A DNA stretch of 64,000 nucleotides, taken from NCBI RefSeq assembly GCF_006345805.1, contig NC_043006.1, forward strand, positions 51,708,001-51,772,000, read 5' to 3'. The notes under the pieces were generated by a model. That model did no database searches, had not been told where the DNA came from, and saw only the letters and a list, made by a program, of their open reading frames with translations. The DNA comes from Octopus sinensis (taxonomy: Eukaryota). Position numbers and translations under genes: made by a program. Of this stretch, positions 60,628-64,000 are shown one piece after another; position 1 is the first letter of the stretch, and every line of letters starts with the position of its first letter.

Positions 60628-60988
60628 TCTCCTCTATATATATAAACGGCAAAATGTCTGCGTGTGTGTCTTTTATACAAATCCACAATTTTTCAGTTAG
60701 AGGGCTCGCACTTTCTATGGTCATTCAAAATCGTCCAACGGTGGTCGTGCACATCTTTACATTCCCCCAGTCACCCCTCAAAGGCATTAAAAAATCAATA
60801 GAAGTGACTTTTTTGTGAATTTTCTATCCAAAACCCAACCAAAATGCCCGAAACTTGATACGCCAGTTGAATGCCAGCTAACTGTATGTGATTGGTCGGA
60901 GATTTGGACAGTACTCGCGTGTGCACGCACGCAGCTGTATATGCATGCACTAGCACTATGACCCGGCGTTGCTGGGTCATAGTGCTAG
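60628..60988 (+). mobile_element. Non-autonomous Helitron-like element (361 bp)
   Basis: A|TC...TCTATATATATAAA 5' end; 3' hairpin then CTAG|T; inserted between A and T. Confidence 0.75.
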
Positions 60989-61016
60989 TTATTATTATTA
61001 TTATTGTTGTTGTTGT

Positions 61017-61370
61017 TGTTATTATTAGCATTATTATTTTGCTTTCGCTCAGGTTCGGTCTTATTCCTGGTAGGATTTATATGGGTAACAGTCTGCTATC
61101 TGTAAACTTAGGTATCAATAAGTTTTCAGCAGACTTTCAAGTGCTTAGAACCCTCTTGATATGTTCTAACTCTTTCGTCTGACTATTTATTACGCCCACT
61201 CCAGTATAGCTCTATTGTTAGTCAGACAAGTAAGACCATGACTATCTATGACCATCTGTTTCGTACTCTCTACCACACTGACACTGACTGACAGTATTTA
61301 TAATGATTAACACATACCACTTGTTTCGGGGGGGGGGGAGTGTACCATTATTACTATCATCCCCATAATA
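61017..61370 (-). repeat. Probable 3' LTR of the Gypsy element
   Basis: Minus-strand PPT AAAAAGGGGAGA abuts 61370; TATAAA and AATAAA in the correct order; left boundary approximate. Confidence 0.6.
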
Positions 61371-64000
61371 TCTCCCCTTTTAAATTTTTCTCTTTTTTTT
61401 AGGGAGTGTAATTTTATTTCTTTTATTAGTAATTTTTTACACCACCCCACCTTTTGAGTTTTTTTCGTACGATTGCAAATTTGATATATTTTCGTTTAGC
61501 ATCGACTCCCAAGAACTCCGTTCATTTTCTTTTTTTACGCTTGTGCATCTGGATTCAATTATTTGTAGTGGTGTTGGTACTTGAAAAATATCATATAACC
61601 ATTCTATTGGTTCGTGAATTCTTTTGGGTTCGCTCTCATCGAATCTTGTTTTAGTTGGTTCATGTGTCTCTTGTATATTCCTTTTCTTCCTTTTACTATG
61701 TATAGCATTTTTCCTATGCGTTTGGTAATCACGCCATCTTCCCAACTTTGTTTTCTGATCTTAAATGTCCTCATAAATATATTTTCACCAATTGTGAAAA
61801 ATCTTGCTGTATTATCCATTGCAATTTTTTTTCTTACCAGGTAGCAATTTGATGAAGTTTCCTTGCAAACATCAGCTCCGCTGGTGACATACCTGTTGGT
61901 GTATTTGGATTTGGTGTCACACGGTATACTCTTAATTGTTGTAGAGCTACCTCACCCGTGACTTCCTTGTTTGACTTTATTAGGGCTCTCTTGAACATAT
62001 CGACAAAGCGTTCTGCTTGTCCGTTAGGTTGTAGGATGGGATGGTGCCGTAGTTACATGTTCTACAGCGAATGTTTTACAAAACTTTTTAAATTCAAAAG
62101 ACATAAGTTGCTTCCCATTGTCAGACTCTTTCGCGTCTGGGATACCAAATCTCGCAAACAACTCATGTAAAAAAATTTGTCGCAGTTGAGGAGCTTGGCT
62201 GTTTACACTTACAAATTTCTGGTCATTCAGAGAAAGTATCAACTACCACTAAGTAGTATGAACCGTTTAAAGGATCAGCGAAATCGTTGTGTAGTGTCAA
62301 CCACAGAACATCTACCTTTAGCTAAGGTTCTCTTTTTATCGTTGGTAATTTTACTACTAGAGCACATCCTCTACAGCCTTTCACTAAATTTTCGATTTCT
62401 TTATCCATTTTTGGCCAATACTCGTAGCTACGCATTAAGCTTTCATACTCGAAATACCAGGATGTCCAACATGAAATTCCCTCAACATTTTGTTTTTTAA
62501 TGTTCCAGGTATTACTACTCTCTGTGCCTACGTCAGTAAGCCATTACAAATTGAGTATAGGTTCACGTCTTGGTTTCGTTTCGCACCAATCCTGTTCCTA
62601 TTTACTTTTCCTGACCACAGTATTTTTTTCATTTCTGTTATGAATTTGTCCTCTCCCGAATTCCATTTTATGTCTTTTAGGGTTACCAGTAATTCGCGTA
62701 CCACATTCCACATTGTATTTTTTAAAATTTCTCCTTCTGATCTTAGAAGCTGCGATTACCATATCTTTGAATGGTTCGCAGTGTTTGAAATCAATATGGA
62801 CAAACCATCTGCATGCCCAAGTGTTTTTGACGGGAAATATTTCATTTTATAATCCTAATTCAATAATGTAGTGCTCCATTGCTGTAGTCTATTTGCTGTG
62901 TGTGTTGGTATTCCTTTTCTAGAGCCATATATTGACAGTAGTGGGCGATGGTCAGTTTGTAGACAGAAACTTCTTCCATGAATAAATCTATGGCATTTTT
63001 ATTACATTACATATGATTGCTAACGCTTCCTTTTCTATTTTTACTTCCATCGTCATATTTGTGCAGGAGCACGGCTCCTACACCGTAATCACTTGCATCT
63101 GTAGCCAATATAATATCCAACTTTGAATCAAAATACGTTAACGATAAGTTCAATGTTAAAATACTTTTTAATTTGCCAAATACCTTCTGGCATTTATCAG
63201 TCCTGCGCCATTTTGCATTTTTCTTTAACAAATCATTGAGCGGGACCCTTACATTATGTCTATTGGGAATGTAAATTTGACAGTAAATCTAAAATGCTTG
63301 TAGTATAGTCACATTATTTGGCTCGGGCATATTTTTTATAGCAGTTATTCTGGATGGATCCGGTTTCCGTTCGTTTTTATCTATTATGTCTCAAGTATTT
63401 AATTTTTTTCAGAAAAAATCGCGTTTTACTTCCGTTAACATGAAACCGTATTCTCCTATCTTTTCGAATACCCTCTTTAACATGTTTTACATGTTGTTCA
63501 TGTTATCGTCTAAATAGGCGGTAGCAAAATCACAGCCACCCTGCATTGTATCCATTATTTGCTGAAATATGGAAGGAGCCACTTTTACACCGAAGGGAAG
63601 CCGCTTAAATTTAAATAAGCCACGGTGTGTATTAATGGCTAATAAGTGAGCATTCTTCTTCTACTTCGATTTGTAGATATGCTTCCAAGAGATCCAATTT
63701 TGAGAAGAATTATCCTCCATTCAATTTCGCAAACATTTCCTCAGGGCTCGGCAATGGGTGGTTATGTGAGATTAGGCAATCATTCAACCCCGTTGAAAAA
63801 CTGCACAAACTCTTAACTTTTTCCTTTTCTTTTTCATGTAGACCGTAGGCGCTTGCCCAGTCTGAGTGGTCCGTCTTCTCGATTATTCCTAGGCTTCCAA
63901 GTCTTTCAAGTTCCTTATTTAACTGTTCTATTGCCGCAAAGGTACATTCCGTTTTGGCTTAAATACAAATGTTGCACTTTGTTTTAATATAATTTTTGCC
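61371..64000 (-). mobile_element. Degenerate Gypsy/Ty3 pol (RT, RNase H, integrase), running off the window end
   Basis: INTHRGLFKFKRLPFGVKVAPSIFQQIMD, ATDASDYGVGAVL, LFARFGIPD..SDNG..FKKFC; many stops and frameshifts. Confidence 0.9.

Overview
Eukaryotic, AT-rich, microsatellite-dense DNA. Octopus or another coleoid cephalopod is inferred from the SINE/LINE content, not proven. There are no prokaryotic features. One host gene is reconstructable: a + strand, phase-consistent 7-exon CFAP119/CCDC189-like (C1a-32/CLAMP family) ciliary gene at 36245-53842, whose 5' exon is unresolved. Almost everything else is transposon-derived: two inverted CR1-clade LINEs, a complete non-coding LTR element with a tRNA-Trp PBS and 4-bp TSD, a ~20 kb same-strand stack of R4/Dong retrotransposons and a companion SINE-like family at (TAA)n tracts, tRNA-derived SINEs, mariner and maT deletion derivatives, two Helitron-like elements, a Penelope element split by an RTE LINE, and a decayed Gypsy element. 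Most notable: minimal hammerhead ribozyme motifs with a compensatory U3-A8 core in both Penelope pLTRs, the (TAA)n-targeted Dong/SINE system, a 100-bp-arm palindrome next to an exon, and an in-frame TGA in the candidate first exon. All alignments and folds were done by eye; many repeat boundaries are approximate.
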